The notes under the pieces were generated by a model. The model was given only the letters and a program-made list of their open reading frames with translations. It was not told the origin of the DNA and ran no database searches. Shown in pieces: positions 19,250 through 29,264 of a DNA stretch of 64,000 nucleotides (positions are counted from its first letter, which is position 1; each line of letters starts with the position of its first letter). Made by a program: the position numbers and the translations under genes. Source of the DNA: Candidatus Latescibacterota bacterium (GTDB lineage: Bacteria > Latescibacterota > UBA2968 > UBA8231); contig OZ242005.1 of the NCBI GenBank assembly GCA_965204725.1, positions 4,608,001 through 4,672,000 on the forward strand, written 5' to 3'.

Positions 19250-19574
19250 GGCAGAAACGGAAAAGCCCCATCCCGTGCAGCGAGTGGCCCGTCAGGACAG
19301 GGCTGAAAACGTTGTAATATAGAGAGCGGGCTTACCTGCCACAAGGCGGCTCAGCGCGTGGGACGCCGAGGCTTGCGACCTTTGGCGCCGCGCTGATTCT
19401 GGGCGAGCCCTTGCTTGGTGATATAGGGGTGTTCGACCTGCTTTTCCAACTCGCGCCGCTGGTCAGCCCACTCGATGTCTCGTTTTCGCTTGGCCATGTT
19501 TTGATGTTATCTTTGATACCTTAATCCAATCTACGCAATCTACGCGCTAGGCCGCTGATAGGGCAACCCAAGCT

Positions 19575-20480
19575 ATGTCCAACCACTGGGTCTTGATAGC
19601 CAATCCAACGGCGGGCCGTGCCCGCGCCCAGCGTTTTGCCGAGCAAGCGGCCTTAGTGCTGCAAGACGCCGGGCGAGCGGTCGAGTTGCGCTACACGCGG
19701 GCCAAGGGGCACGGAACCGAGTTGGCGCAGCAGGCCGTGGCCGAGGGTGCTGAGCGGCTCGTGGTCTGCGGCGGCGATGGCACCATCCGCGAGGCCCTCG
19801 TACCCCTCGCTGGTTCGCCCACGGCCTTGGGGCTGCTGCCCTGCGGTACGTGCAACGACTTGGCCCTCGCCCTCACCGTGCCGTTGCGAGAGGAAGCGGC
19901 CATCGGCAACCTGCTGCGCGGCGAGGTGCGTGCCATAGACCTAGGACGGGCCGGCGACCGCCTTTTCGCGACCATCGCCGCGTTTGGCTTTGACGCCCAA
20001 GTCAGTCGCCGCATGGAGCGGGCCCAAGGGCCGCTGTCCGGGCGGGTCCGCTATGTCTTGGAAGCACTGCGGCACCTCGCTCGCTACCAACCCGCTCGGG
20101 TTCGCCTCAGCGGCGATTTCGGGGAAATTGAGCAAGAGGTGCTGCAAGTATCCGTCGCCAATGCGCGGAACTATGGAGGCAATTTGTGCGTTGCCCCAAA
20201 TGCCGACCTCGGCGATGGCCTCTTTGACGTCGTCGTCGTCAATGCAGTGCCGCGGCGGGCCATTCTGTCGCTGATGCTCCGCCTCTTTTGGCGAGGCCAC
20301 CTCCGCCATCCAGCGGTGCGCGTTGAGCGCACAGGCCGCCTAAGGCTGCACACCGACGAGCCGCACAGCGTATATGCGGATGGCGACTATCTAGGCCAGA
20401 CGCCACTCGCGCTGGAAATCAGCCCGGCGGCCCTGCGGGTGGTGGTGCCAAGTTCTTGTTCGCAGGGGGTGCGTTGCTGA
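19575..20480 (+). CDS. Diacylglycerol/lipid kinase family (YegS/BmrU-like)
   Basis: NPTAG, GGDGT, LPCGTCND, YGG, DGD motifs. Confidence 0.9.
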   Translation: MSNHWVLIANPTAGRARAQRFAEQAALVLQDAGRAVELRYTRAKGHGTELAQQAVAEGAERLVVCGGDGTIREALVPLAGSPTALGLLPCGTCNDLALALTVPLREEAAIGNLLRGEVRAIDLGRAGDRLFATIAAFGFDAQVSRRMERAQGPLSGRVRYVLEALRHLARYQPARVRLSGDFGEIEQEVLQVSVANARNYGGNLCVAPNADLGDGLFDVVVVNAVPRRAILSLMLRLFWRGHLRHPAVRVERTGRLRLHTDEPHSVYADGDYLGQTPLALEISPAALRVVVPSSCSQGVRC

Positions 20481-20537
20481 TATTGCCCTAAGAAGCGGAG
20501 CAGCAATCCACTAACCACTGGTATTCCACAGCATCTT

Positions 20538-21515
20538 ATGGCTACTCGCGCCCAGCAAATACGCCTCGGCATCTTCTTCTTGGTTTCGCTCGCGGTCCTC
20601 GCGCTGTTCTTCATCGTCGTCGCGGGCAGCCATCTCCTGAGCCAGCGCGACACCTATTACATCGAGTCCAACTCGCCCGTCAGCGGCCTCAACAAAGGCG
20701 CGGACGTCAAGTACTTGGGCTTCAGCATTGGCCGAGTCGAGGACATCGCAATCTCACCGGACGATCTCACCACTGTGGTGGTCGAGATTTCGGTCGAGAG
20801 GCGGCTAGCCGAAAACGCCATCCGCACCGACACGCAAGCGCGCATAGCCTCGCAGGGAATCACCGGCCTGAAGTACATTGAGCTTTTGGGGGGCAGCAAC
20901 GACGCCCCGGTCCTCGCACCGGGGGCCAAAATTGCTGCGGGCGCGACCTTTTTTAGCACCATGCAAGAGCGCGCCGAAGTGCTCAGCTCTAAGGTTGAAC
21001 AATCCATCGACAACCTAAACGCGCTGCTCAGCAGCGAAAACCAGCGCGTCCTCACCGAGCTCCTCAGCAACGCGGGCAATCTGCTCGCCACGGCCAACTC
21101 GCTGGTTGCGGACAACCGCTCCGCGCTCGACGAGACGGCCGCCAATATGGTGGCGACCAGTCGCTCGCTGGCCACGGCTAGCGAGGCGTTGGCGGCGACG
21201 GCCGATTCCCTGCACGTGTTGCTCATGGGCGCGAAGTTGCAACAGACGGTTGACGACCTGCAAGGGACGATGCACGCGGTGCGCCAACAAATGGACGGCC
21301 CGGTCCCCTTGCTCGTCGCCCGGCTGGACACCGTGATAGGCCATATTGACCGGACCTTTGTGGGCATCGATCAGACTGTGGGGGCCAGCCGGCAAAACAT
21401 CCTGCGCGCCATGCAGGAATTGGAGGAAACTTTGCAGAATATCCGCGAAACCACCGAACTCATCCGCGAGAACCCCGCGGTACTCATCCGAGGTCGCAGC
21501 GGTGCGGCCCAATAG
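20538..21515 (+). CDS. MCE/MlaD family protein with helical C-terminal stalk
   Basis: N-terminal TM, GLNKGADVKYLGFSIGRV, GITGLKYIEL, coiled coil ending NPAVLIRG. Confidence 0.88.
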   Translation: MATRAQQIRLGIFFLVSLAVLALFFIVVAGSHLLSQRDTYYIESNSPVSGLNKGADVKYLGFSIGRVEDIAISPDDLTTVVVEISVERRLAENAIRTDTQARIASQGITGLKYIELLGGSNDAPVLAPGAKIAAGATFFSTMQERAEVLSSKVEQSIDNLNALLSSENQRVLTELLSNAGNLLATANSLVADNRSALDETAANMVATSRSLATASEALAATADSLHVLLMGAKLQQTVDDLQGTMHAVRQQMDGPVPLLVARLDTVIGHIDRTFVGIDQTVGASRQNILRAMQELEETLQNIRETTELIRENPAVLIRGRSGAAQ

Positions 21516-22257
21516 CCGAGTGTGCCGCTTCGGCCAAGCCCTCGTCTTGGTCGCCGCTTTATCCGGCTGCGCCCAGTTGCTAGGCGGCGAGACCAAGTTG
21601 CCGCAAAAGCGCTATTTTAAGTTGCCTATCGAACCCTTGCGCGGCAGCGTAGAAGGTTCCGAGCGTCCATACCCTTTCCAAGTGCAGGTCAAGGGCTTTG
21701 AGGTGCCCCGAGCCTATGACCGCACCCACATCATCCGCCGCCGCGATCAGTACGAGTTGCGGCGCGACAACCTCCACCACTGGATGGAGCGCCCCGGCGA
21801 CATGATTACCGACGCGGTCAAGCAGTACTTGCGCCAAGCCGACCTCTTTACCTATGTCGGCGGGGACCGCGACTTTTTCGAGCGCCGTCCAGATTACGTG
21901 CTCAGCGGCTCGGTCAAAGCCATTGAGCTCTTCGACAGCGGCGACCTGTGGGCGGCCCATTTAGTTATGACGATGGAACTGGTGCGGCAAGCCGATGGCA
22001 AAGTTATATGGCAGGACGATTTCGACGAGGAGAAACAGGTGTTTTCTCCGGCCATGATACACACTGTGGCCGCGTTGAGCGGGATTTTGGGCCAGCGGAT
22101 GCAAAAGGCGATTGAGGTGATCGACTTCAAGTTCCTCAACAAGCAGCGGCCCGCGCCCGCCGCGCCCAGTGGGGAAACCGCCCCGGCGGCCCGAGATACG
22201 GTGCTGCAAACCGAATCCGATCACTACGAACTCATTCCGGGAAAGCTGGCCCGCTAG
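21502..22257 (+). CDS. ABC transport auxiliary (PqiC-like) lipoprotein
   Basis: Lipobox LSGC; W..RP motif; follows MCE gene; GTG start inferred. Confidence 0.75.
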   Translation: MRPNSRVCRFGQALVLVAALSGCAQLLGGETKLPQKRYFKLPIEPLRGSVEGSERPYPFQVQVKGFEVPRAYDRTHIIRRRDQYELRRDNLHHWMERPGDMITDAVKQYLRQADLFTYVGGDRDFFERRPDYVLSGSVKAIELFDSGDLWAAHLVMTMELVRQADGKVIWQDDFDEEKQVFSPAMIHTVAALSGILGQRMQKAIEVIDFKFLNKQRPAPAAPSGETAPAARDTVLQTESDHYELIPGKLAR

Positions 22258-22265
22258 GACTTGGT

Positions 22266-23768
22266 ATGTACAAGGTACTCTACATCCTGATCGCCCTGCC
22301 GTTGCTCGCCAACCCCGCCTTGGGCACCAGCTACACGTGGCTCGCCTCACCCGGGCGCGGCCAACTCGAACAGGATCCAACCCTGATTCCCAAGGGCAAG
22401 GGCTTCCTCTTTGTACCGACGATGACCGGAGCCCTCAACGAGCCGAGCTTTCTCGTCTTGCAAGGCAACAAACCTATCCGCGAAGCCGCCCCCGGCACCG
22501 GCGTGTTGCTCGCGCCCGGCACCTACGAATTATTGGTCGGCTCGGGTACGGACCTCCAGATGATGAGCCGCGCCGTGCCGGTCCGCGAGGGCATGACGAC
22601 CCTGATAAAGCCCTTCTGGGCCGGACTCATCATCAACGTCGTATCCGAAAACCGCGCCCCGCTCAATGAAGCGTACGAGCTGTACCGGGAGTCCTCGCAG
22701 GAAAACTACGGCCTCGGCTTCGGGGTCGAGGAGGAGCGAGGCGAGGCGGTCAAAACGTGGCTCCTGCCTCCGGGGGTTTACTCGGTCGTGCGAGTCGGCG
22801 ACAACGTGTCAACCACCCGCAAGTTCAGCGTCCGCCTAGAGCCGGGCGAGTTGGTCCAGCGCAATCTAGTGGTGGATACCAGCGATGACTTCATCGGCTT
22901 CTATCCCCCGGCTCAGCAGGGACTCCTCACCCAAGTAGCGGACTCGCGCTGGAAAACCTCCTTTCAGCTCAGCGGCGCGCCCCGGCTTTCTACCTCGCAG
23001 AACACCACCGGTGCCGATCGCTCAATCCTCGCGCTTTCCGCTGAGGTCATCGGCAGCAGCGTCTATAACACGGACCGCCACTACGTCAATCTGCGGCTAG
23101 ACTTTGAAGAAGGCTTCACCCGCGAGGAGGGCGACGACTTCCGCAAGTCCATCGACAAGTTCGAGGTCCGCGCCACGTACATCTACCGGCTTTCCAAGCG
23201 GGTCGGCCCCTATTTGCGCGGGGTGTTCAACACCAAGCTATTCGCCACAGAGGACCACTTTGACCAGCCTAAGTCCCTGCTGGTCCGCAAGGGCGACGAG
23301 ATCGAGCCCATGAAGGGCGTTAGCAAGTTTACGCTCTCTCCGCCCTTCAGCCCCCTCGAGCTGCGCCAAGGCATTGGCATCAACGCCCAAGTCATCAGCA
23401 GCTTTCCCCTGAACTTCGACATGCGCGTTGGTTTTGGGGCGCGTCAGAGCTATGTCACCGAGACCTTTGACCTAAACTCCTCCCGCACCATTGCCCGCAA
23501 GTTGAACGACACGGCCACCACCGGCTTGGAGGCCGTGTTGCTCCTCCGGTCGCGTTTCTCGCGCTTCCCCAGCTTGGACTCGGAGTTTGACCTCCTCATC
23601 CCAGAGACGGGCACCGACGCTTGGGAATTCAATTGGGAAAACCGCTTGCGCTTGCCGCTTAGCCGCTTCGTCAACATGGTCGTCGTCTTCGACTTTGAGC
23701 GCGAGCAGGCGGTGCAGGGGCTGCAATCTACGCAACAGGTTCTGCTGCGCCTCAACTATTTGCTATGA
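22266..23768 (+). CDS. Exported hypothetical protein, probable C-terminal outer-membrane beta-barrel
   Basis: Signal peptide; alternating amphipathic strands ending QQVLLRLNYLL; inside the Mce/Mla operon. Confidence 0.6.
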   Translation: MYKVLYILIALPLLANPALGTSYTWLASPGRGQLEQDPTLIPKGKGFLFVPTMTGALNEPSFLVLQGNKPIREAAPGTGVLLAPGTYELLVGSGTDLQMMSRAVPVREGMTTLIKPFWAGLIINVVSENRAPLNEAYELYRESSQENYGLGFGVEEERGEAVKTWLLPPGVYSVVRVGDNVSTTRKFSVRLEPGELVQRNLVVDTSDDFIGFYPPAQQGLLTQVADSRWKTSFQLSGAPRLSTSQNTTGADRSILALSAEVIGSSVYNTDRHYVNLRLDFEEGFTREEGDDFRKSIDKFEVRATYIYRLSKRVGPYLRGVFNTKLFATEDHFDQPKSLLVRKGDEIEPMKGVSKFTLSPPFSPLELRQGIGINAQVISSFPLNFDMRVGFGARQSYVTETFDLNSSRTIARKLNDTATTGLEAVLLLRSRFSRFPSLDSEFDLLIPETGTDAWEFNWENRLRLPLSRFVNMVVVFDFEREQAVQGLQSTQQVLLRLNYLL

Positions 23769-24862
23769 CTTGGGTGCAGAGCGACGAACAGGGAATCGCG
23801 CTCGGGGCCGCGCTTTCGCTACACACCATCGGCGCACTCGCTCCGCAAGTCCGCGCCCTCATCGCCGCGCATCCGCGCTCCGCGCTCCGCGCAGATTTGC
23901 GCCAAGTCGAACACCTCGACACGGCCGGGGCCATCTTCCTGCGCGGCTTGCCCGCCCTCGCCCGCTCCTTGGACAAGGAACTCCGCCTCGACGGGCTGCC
24001 CGCCCACTTGCAGCCCTTTTTCGACTTTGCCGCGCCCGTGCTGCCGCCCGCGCCGGCAAAGCCGCCCGCACCCGCCGCCCTTGAACGCCTCGGCGCGTGG
24101 GTCCGCGCTCGCGGCAACCGCGCCGCCGATTTTCTCTACCTGATGGCCGACCTGAGCGTTTTCGCGGTCGTAGCCCTGTTTCGCCGCGATCTGATTCGCC
24201 GGGGCAGCTTTGGCGAGCAAGCATACGCGATTGGTGCCCAAGCCCTGCAGATCGTCGGGCTAGTGCTCTTTCTCGTCGGCGCGGTTTCGGCGCTTCAGTC
24301 CGCGGCTCAGCTCCGCCAATTCGGGGCCGACATTTTCGTCGCCAACCTGCTGGGCATTGGGTTGACCCGCGAGTTGGGGCCGCTGATGACCGCGATCATG
24401 GTGTCGGGCCGCTCCGGTTCGGCTATTGCCGCCGAGATCGCCACGATGAAGTTCACCGAGGAATTGGACGCCCTGCAAACCATGGGCATTGACCCCCTGC
24501 GCTTTGTGGTCGTGCCCAAGCTGTGGGCCATGGTCGTCTGCATGCCGCTTTTGACGATCATGGCCAATTTTGTCGGCATCCTCGGCGGGACCTTCATCGG
24601 CTTGGTTTCGCTGGACATCCCGGTCGCTGTGTTTCTCAACCAAGTTTTCTCGGCGCTCTTTCTCAAGGATTTGCTCACCGGGCTGGTCAAAAGCGCGTCC
24701 TTTGCGTGGCTTATTGCGGTCATCTCGGTTCACCACGGCCTCCATTTCAGCGGCGGGGCCGAGGGCGTCGGCCGGGCGACTACTGCGGCGGTCGTATCGT
24801 CGCTGTTTGGCATCATCGTCCTCGACGCCTTCTGGGGCATTGTCTTCTACCTCCAATGGTGA
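23765..24862 (+). CDS. mlaE: STAS-MlaE fused ABC permease
   Basis: N-terminal STAS (HLDTAG); RELGPLMTA, GRSGSAIAAE, GVGRATT. Confidence 0.9.
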   Translation: MTWVQSDEQGIALGAALSLHTIGALAPQVRALIAAHPRSALRADLRQVEHLDTAGAIFLRGLPALARSLDKELRLDGLPAHLQPFFDFAAPVLPPAPAKPPAPAALERLGAWVRARGNRAADFLYLMADLSVFAVVALFRRDLIRRGSFGEQAYAIGAQALQIVGLVLFLVGAVSALQSAAQLRQFGADIFVANLLGIGLTRELGPLMTAIMVSGRSGSAIAAEIATMKFTEELDALQTMGIDPLRFVVVPKLWAMVVCMPLLTIMANFVGILGGTFIGLVSLDIPVAVFLNQVFSALFLKDLLTGLVKSASFAWLIAVISVHHGLHFSGGAEGVGRATTAAVVSSLFGIIVLDAFWGIVFYLQW

Positions 24863-25602
24863 CGCGCGCCATCGAAATCCAAAACCTCTGCGTGTCCTAC
24901 GGCGAAACGGCCGTCCTGCACGGGATTGACGCACACGTAGAAGAGGGGGAAATCGCCGTCGTCCTCGGTGGTAGCGGCTGCGGCAAGAGCACCTTGCTCA
25001 AGGCGGTCATCGGCTTGGTGCAACCCGCCTCGGGCCGCGTCGAAATCCTCGGCCAAGATGCGACGGCCCTCGGCGAGGAGGAGCTGGCCCTCCTGCGCAA
25101 GCGGCTGGGCGTGATGTTTCAATACGGCGCCCTGCTCAACTCGTTGACGGTGGAGCAAAACGTCGCCCTGCCCTTGGAAATGCACACGGGCCTAGAACCA
25201 GCCCTGATTGGGGAGATCGCACGCACCCGCCTCGCTTCGGTGGGCTTGGGGCACGCCGGCGAGCGCTACCCCGGCGAGCTATCGGGCGGGATGCGCAAAC
25301 GCGCCGCCCTCGCCCGGGCCATGGTCATGGACCCAGAGATTCTCTTCTGCGACGAGCCGGGCGCGGGGCTCGACCCGGTCACCGCCGCTGAGATCGATGC
25401 GCTGCTCCTCGCGCTCAACCGCGAGCTGGGCATCACCATCGCCATTGTCACCCACGAGCTACTCAGCATCGAGCGGCTCGACGGACGCCTCATCATGCTC
25501 GACCAAGGCCGCGTGGCATTTACCGGCACGGTCGCCGAGGCCAAGGGTTCGGAATATCCGGTCGTCCGCTCCTTCTTCAACCCGTCCGGTTCGGCGGAAT
25601 GA
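24856..25602 (+). CDS. mlaF: MlaF-type ABC ATPase
   Basis: GGSGCGKS, LSGGMRKR, DEPGAGLDP. Confidence 0.9.
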   Translation: MVTRAIEIQNLCVSYGETAVLHGIDAHVEEGEIAVVLGGSGCGKSTLLKAVIGLVQPASGRVEILGQDATALGEEELALLRKRLGVMFQYGALLNSLTVEQNVALPLEMHTGLEPALIGEIARTRLASVGLGHAGERYPGELSGGMRKRAALARAMVMDPEILFCDEPGAGLDPVTAAEIDALLLALNRELGITIAIVTHELLSIERLDGRLIMLDQGRVAFTGTVAEAKGSEYPVVRSFFNPSGSAE

Positions 25603-26075
25603 AAACCATTATCATCGCCGCCTTGAGCAAGAACAGGGTCATTGGCCGCGACAACGCCATCCCTTGGCGCTACCCGGCCGACCTAAAGCACTTCCGCCGC
25701 GTCACGTGGGGCCACGCGGTCGTGGCGGGCCGCAAAACCTACGAGACCTTTCAGACGCGCCCCTTGCCCCAGCGCCTCAACTTCGTCGTCACCCGCAAGC
25801 CAGACTACCCAGTCGCCAAGGGCGTGGTGGTCTGCGCGAGCTTGGCCGAGGTGTTGCAGCGCGCCCGCACTCTCGGTCGCGCAAAACTCTTCGTGCTCGG
25901 CGGCGGCCAAATCTATGAGCAAGCCCTGCCCTTAGCCGACGAAATGATCCTGACGCACCTACCTATCGAAGTTGAGGGCGACGTGTATTTCCCAGCATGG
26001 GACGAAGGGGAATGGGAGACGGTGGAAAGGCGCGGCGCAGGCGACTTGGTCTTTGCGACGTATCGCCGCCGCTGA
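25599..26075 (+). CDS. folA: Dihydrofolate reductase
   Basis: IG..N.IPW..P.DL, GRKT, RPLPQR, GGGQIY, GDVYFP. Confidence 0.93.
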   Translation: MKTIIIAALSKNRVIGRDNAIPWRYPADLKHFRRVTWGHAVVAGRKTYETFQTRPLPQRLNFVVTRKPDYPVAKGVVVCASLAEVLQRARTLGRAKLFVLGGGQIYEQALPLADEMILTHLPIEVEGDVYFPAWDEGEWETVERRGAGDLVFATYRRR

Positions 26076-26085
26076 GGATGTACGC

Positions 26086-26120
26086 AAAAAGGGCCTGCGT
26101 TTCAGCAGGCCCTCTTTCTC
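26086..26120. terminator. Bidirectional intrinsic terminator
   Basis: AAAAA-GGGCCTGC-GTTTCA-GCAGGCCC-TCTTT between convergent genes. Confidence 0.75.
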
Positions 26121-26146
26121 AATACGCGCCACCGAATTGACTCGGC

Positions 26147-26404
26147 TCACTCCACGACGACGACGTTGTTCTCGGAGCCAAATTCGTTGGGCACGACCGG
26201 GGCCTTGGGGTCGTTGCGCCATTCGCCGTCAATCTGATAGCGGTATTCGTACCGCCCCGGAGTCAGGGTGGTCCACGTCGTCCACAGGCCCTTTTTCTGC
26301 TGCCGCAACGACCGCCGTTCCCAGTTGTTAAAATCACCCAACACCGCAACGGCGTTCGCGCTGGCAACCTGCAAGCGAAAGTAAACGCGTTTTTTGCTCG
26401 TCAT
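26147..26404 (-). CDS. Small glycogen-binding (CBM48/isoamylase early-set) domain protein
   Basis: V.G.FNNW, L.PGRYEYRY.IDG.W..DP, N.FGSEN; start at ATG 26404. Confidence 0.85.
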   Translation of the reverse strand: MTSKKRVYFRLQVASANAVAVLGDFNNWERRSLRQQKKGLWTTWTTLTPGRYEYRYQIDGEWRNDPKAPVVPNEFGSENNVVVVE

Positions 26405-26541
26405 AGCAATCCTCAGTAGAATATCAAGAGTGGAAAAAGTGGTCTTAGTAACGATAGATGCAATCCCGCAGAAGTCAAGGATAGGACTTCTCCGCTCTAA
26501 CATTCATTTTTTTCAATCCCCTATTTGCCGGAGGTCGTGTT

Positions 26542-28122
26542 ATGCTCGGTGTACGCCATTCCTCGTCTCCTATTCGGTTGCGTCCCAAGCTCGTGCGTCC
26601 GGCGAGGGGCTGTCTGGTGCTGTTGCTGCTGGTGCCTGTTGGGCTTTTGGGGCAAGAGACGCGGCAGGTGACCTTGTACACACCGGATGGCTCGCAGCAG
26701 CGGCTGCTCAGTGCGCCGCTGGAGGTAGATGTGAAGCTACCCATCCCACCCCTTCCCGAGCACGATCCTGTCTCAGAAGTGATCGGCACGGGCACGGGTA
26801 CACGGCGAACAGAGATGGAGGTTGTGGTTAGTGACAGCGCGGGTGGGCAATCGACGATCAGCTATGCGCATGGAAAAATTGGGGCCTTAGCGGCGGACCC
26901 GTCGGGCAATGTGTGGGTGGCGACGTCAGCGGGTCTGAGCCGGTTCGATAGCGGGCAGTGGACGACCTTTACCCAAGCGGATGGCTTGGCGGACGACCAT
27001 ATCCACTCGGTGGTCGTGGATGGTCAGGGTCAGGTGTGGGCTGGGAGTTTGAATGGGCTTTCCCGCTTTGACGGCCAGCGCTGGACCCGCTATCGGTTTG
27101 AAGAGAGATGGGGCCGCGAGATCGCGATAGCACCGAATGGGGATATGTGGTGTACCGGCGGCCAAGATTTCCTTCTAGCACGTTTTGACGGGCAGGCTTG
27201 GTGGACCTACGACCATGCCGATATGGGGATCATCGGACTAGCACGTTTTCACTGGCAGGGTTGGTCGACCTACGACCACGCCAATATGGGGATCATCGAA
27301 AGCGAGGCGAGCTTCGATGACGTCCACGTTACCAACATTGCGGTTGATCGGTCCGGCACACTCTGGGCGGTTCTTGAGTTCTGGAAACACCTAGACTCAG
27401 GGTGGACGAGGAGATGGAACCGCCTGCTCACGTTCAATGGGACACAGTGGACGTCATACCAGTCACGCCTGTTAGACTCCCCCAAGAGGCTCCAGATGAT
27501 CTTCCCGGACAGCCAAGGTCGCGTCTGGTTGGATTGTGCGGCATTGTGTGTCACGGACGGTTCGACGTGGAAGTCCTACTATAACGAGCTCGGGATATTC
27601 TGGAATGTTTTTGAGGTGACAGAGGACGCCGAGGGCCGACTGTGGATCGTGGTAGGGAGCCACTTTGGTATGTTGGAGGGGACCACTTGGACCGGGTTCT
27701 CTTGGGAGGAGTTCCGAGTCGCTCGTGCCCCGGTCTTCGACAGTCGGGGTGATCTGTGGATTCCCTCATACGAGGGCCTGTACCGATGGCACCGTACCGA
27801 TCTACCTACGGCGATTGCATCCTCGTCTATGTCCGGTGCGCCGCATTCGTTCCACCTAGCACAGAATTATCCCAACCCCTTCAATCACGCCACGCACATC
27901 GGCTTTACCCTCCAACAGCCATCGGCGGTATCGCTGCAAGTGTTCAACACCCACGGTCAGTTGGTGGCCACCTTGGTAGAAGGCATGCGGCCGGCGGGGA
28001 CCTATCAGACAGCTTGGGACGGACGCGATGCTCACGGCCAAGTCGTCAGCAGTGGGGTGTATATTGTGCGGCTAGACGCCGAGGGTCGGCAGGCTACTCG
28101 CAAGATGCTGCTGATTCAATAA
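26542..28122 (+). CDS. Secreted Reg_prop-type beta-propeller with FlgD-Ig/T9SS-like C-terminal domain (copy 1)
   Basis: D..G.VW....GL.RFDG..W blades; QNYPNPFN...WDG.D..G..VSSGVY...KMLLIQ. Confidence 0.8.
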   Translation: MLGVRHSSSPIRLRPKLVRPARGCLVLLLLVPVGLLGQETRQVTLYTPDGSQQRLLSAPLEVDVKLPIPPLPEHDPVSEVIGTGTGTRRTEMEVVVSDSAGGQSTISYAHGKIGALAADPSGNVWVATSAGLSRFDSGQWTTFTQADGLADDHIHSVVVDGQGQVWAGSLNGLSRFDGQRWTRYRFEERWGREIAIAPNGDMWCTGGQDFLLARFDGQAWWTYDHADMGIIGLARFHWQGWSTYDHANMGIIESEASFDDVHVTNIAVDRSGTLWAVLEFWKHLDSGWTRRWNRLLTFNGTQWTSYQSRLLDSPKRLQMIFPDSQGRVWLDCAALCVTDGSTWKSYYNELGIFWNVFEVTEDAEGRLWIVVGSHFGMLEGTTWTGFSWEEFRVARAPVFDSRGDLWIPSYEGLYRWHRTDLPTAIASSSMSGAPHSFHLAQNYPNPFNHATHIGFTLQQPSAVSLQVFNTHGQLVATLVEGMRPAGTYQTAWDGRDAHGQVVSSGVYIVRLDAEGRQATRKMLLIQ

Positions 28123-28133
28123 AAGGAAGTGCC

Positions 28134-28241
28134 CTAAGTACGCGGCACCTACTTTGCGTACGCATTTTCTGCTGTTGCCGATGCGTCCGGGACCGAGGAC
28201 AAGATGCCCTCGATCCTTGAAGGCTGGTGTCGTATAGCAAG
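28134..28241. mobile_element. MITE copy 2 (degenerate, no clean TSD)
   Basis: Ends CTAAGTACGCGGCAC / GTGTCGTATAGCAAG; core homologous to the other two copies. Confidence 0.7.
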
Positions 28242-28297
28242 GGTTTAGCCGCTCGCCGATAGAATGGATTTCTCATCTCTCACGGAGGAGACGTATC

Positions 28298-29107
28298 ATG
28301 AAAATGAAGAAGATTCGCTTGCTCTTGGTAGTGCTGCTCGGCTTGAGCCGGGTGCTGCCAGCCGACGCCACGGACGACGAGGCGTCGGATTACCTGCCGC
28401 TGGCCGTGGGCAATTCGTGGACCTACGGCTACTGGTACTATGACCGAGTCAATGAGTTGGACAGTGTTGAGCGGTATCCCGCGTACTATAAATGGCCGGA
28501 TCGCGATGAATCTATCCAACTCCCCAAGTTCACCATCACGGTGCGGGGCACGGAGGTCATCGATGGTAAGACGTATTACGTGCTCAGTGATATGCCCGCC
28601 AATTGGCCACCGGCCCCCCCGCACTTCATCGCCGGCAAGAAGCTACGCTGGGCGGGTACGCACCTGATGGAACGCACCGCCGATGGCGAGCAGGCCATCT
28701 TTCGCTTTGACGGGGCTACCGACGATTATAGCCCGACCGATTCCCACTATGGAGGATATCTGAATTTCCGCTTTGAGGAATCGAAGGTGTACAGGACCGA
28801 ATACGCCATCCCAACGACGGAGGGAGACAACCGGGTCGAAGTGGAAGCGGGTCTGAAACCGGTACCGTGGTATGTGTTCCAGTTTTATGGCAACGATGTA
28901 GGGGGGCGTATGTGCGTCTTTCTTGCAGGCTACGGTTGCAATCTGTGCGGGTGGGGAGTATTCGGATCCGATGTTTTCTTGTTCTTCAACGAACTGACCC
29001 CTCTCCGAGCGGTTATCGACGGCACTTCGGTGGAATTTGCCGATGCGTTAGTTCCTACGAACATCTCGTCGTCGTCTTGGGGCCAAGTCAAGAAGGAGGT
29101 TCACTGA
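28298..29107 (+). CDS. Secreted hypothetical protein with SWGQVK C-terminal tag (copy 1)
   Basis: Signal peptide, YLPLAVGNSWTY motif, GGAGG RBS; near-identical paralog at 34945. Confidence 0.8.
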   Translation: MKMKKIRLLLVVLLGLSRVLPADATDDEASDYLPLAVGNSWTYGYWYYDRVNELDSVERYPAYYKWPDRDESIQLPKFTITVRGTEVIDGKTYYVLSDMPANWPPAPPHFIAGKKLRWAGTHLMERTADGEQAIFRFDGATDDYSPTDSHYGGYLNFRFEESKVYRTEYAIPTTEGDNRVEVEAGLKPVPWYVFQFYGNDVGGRMCVFLAGYGCNLCGWGVFGSDVFLFFNELTPLRAVIDGTSVEFADALVPTNISSSSWGQVKKEVH

Positions 29108-29226
29108 TGTACAATAGATACGTATTGCTCGCTATCCTCTTGATACAGACGCTCGGTGCGTCTGTTGTCGGTGCTCGCGGAGTCGGGCGTATCTTCGTGC
29201 TGACACGACATATCCCTGTACGGTAG
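29107..29226 (+). pseudogene. Truncated 5' remnant of the giant protease gene
   Basis: MYNRYVLLAILLIQTLGAS identical to the gene at 35754; small deletion shifts frame and it stops at 29226. Confidence 0.8.
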
Positions 29227-29264
29227 TTCCACAACCCCCTATCACGAGCACGATCTGCTCAACA

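Noticed and set aside
24523-24855. N-terminal extensions of mlaF (and of ORFs called from 21346, 34906, 35724, 45498, 52878)
   Set aside because: They overlap upstream genes or intergenic DNA; downstream starts match RBS or family N-termini
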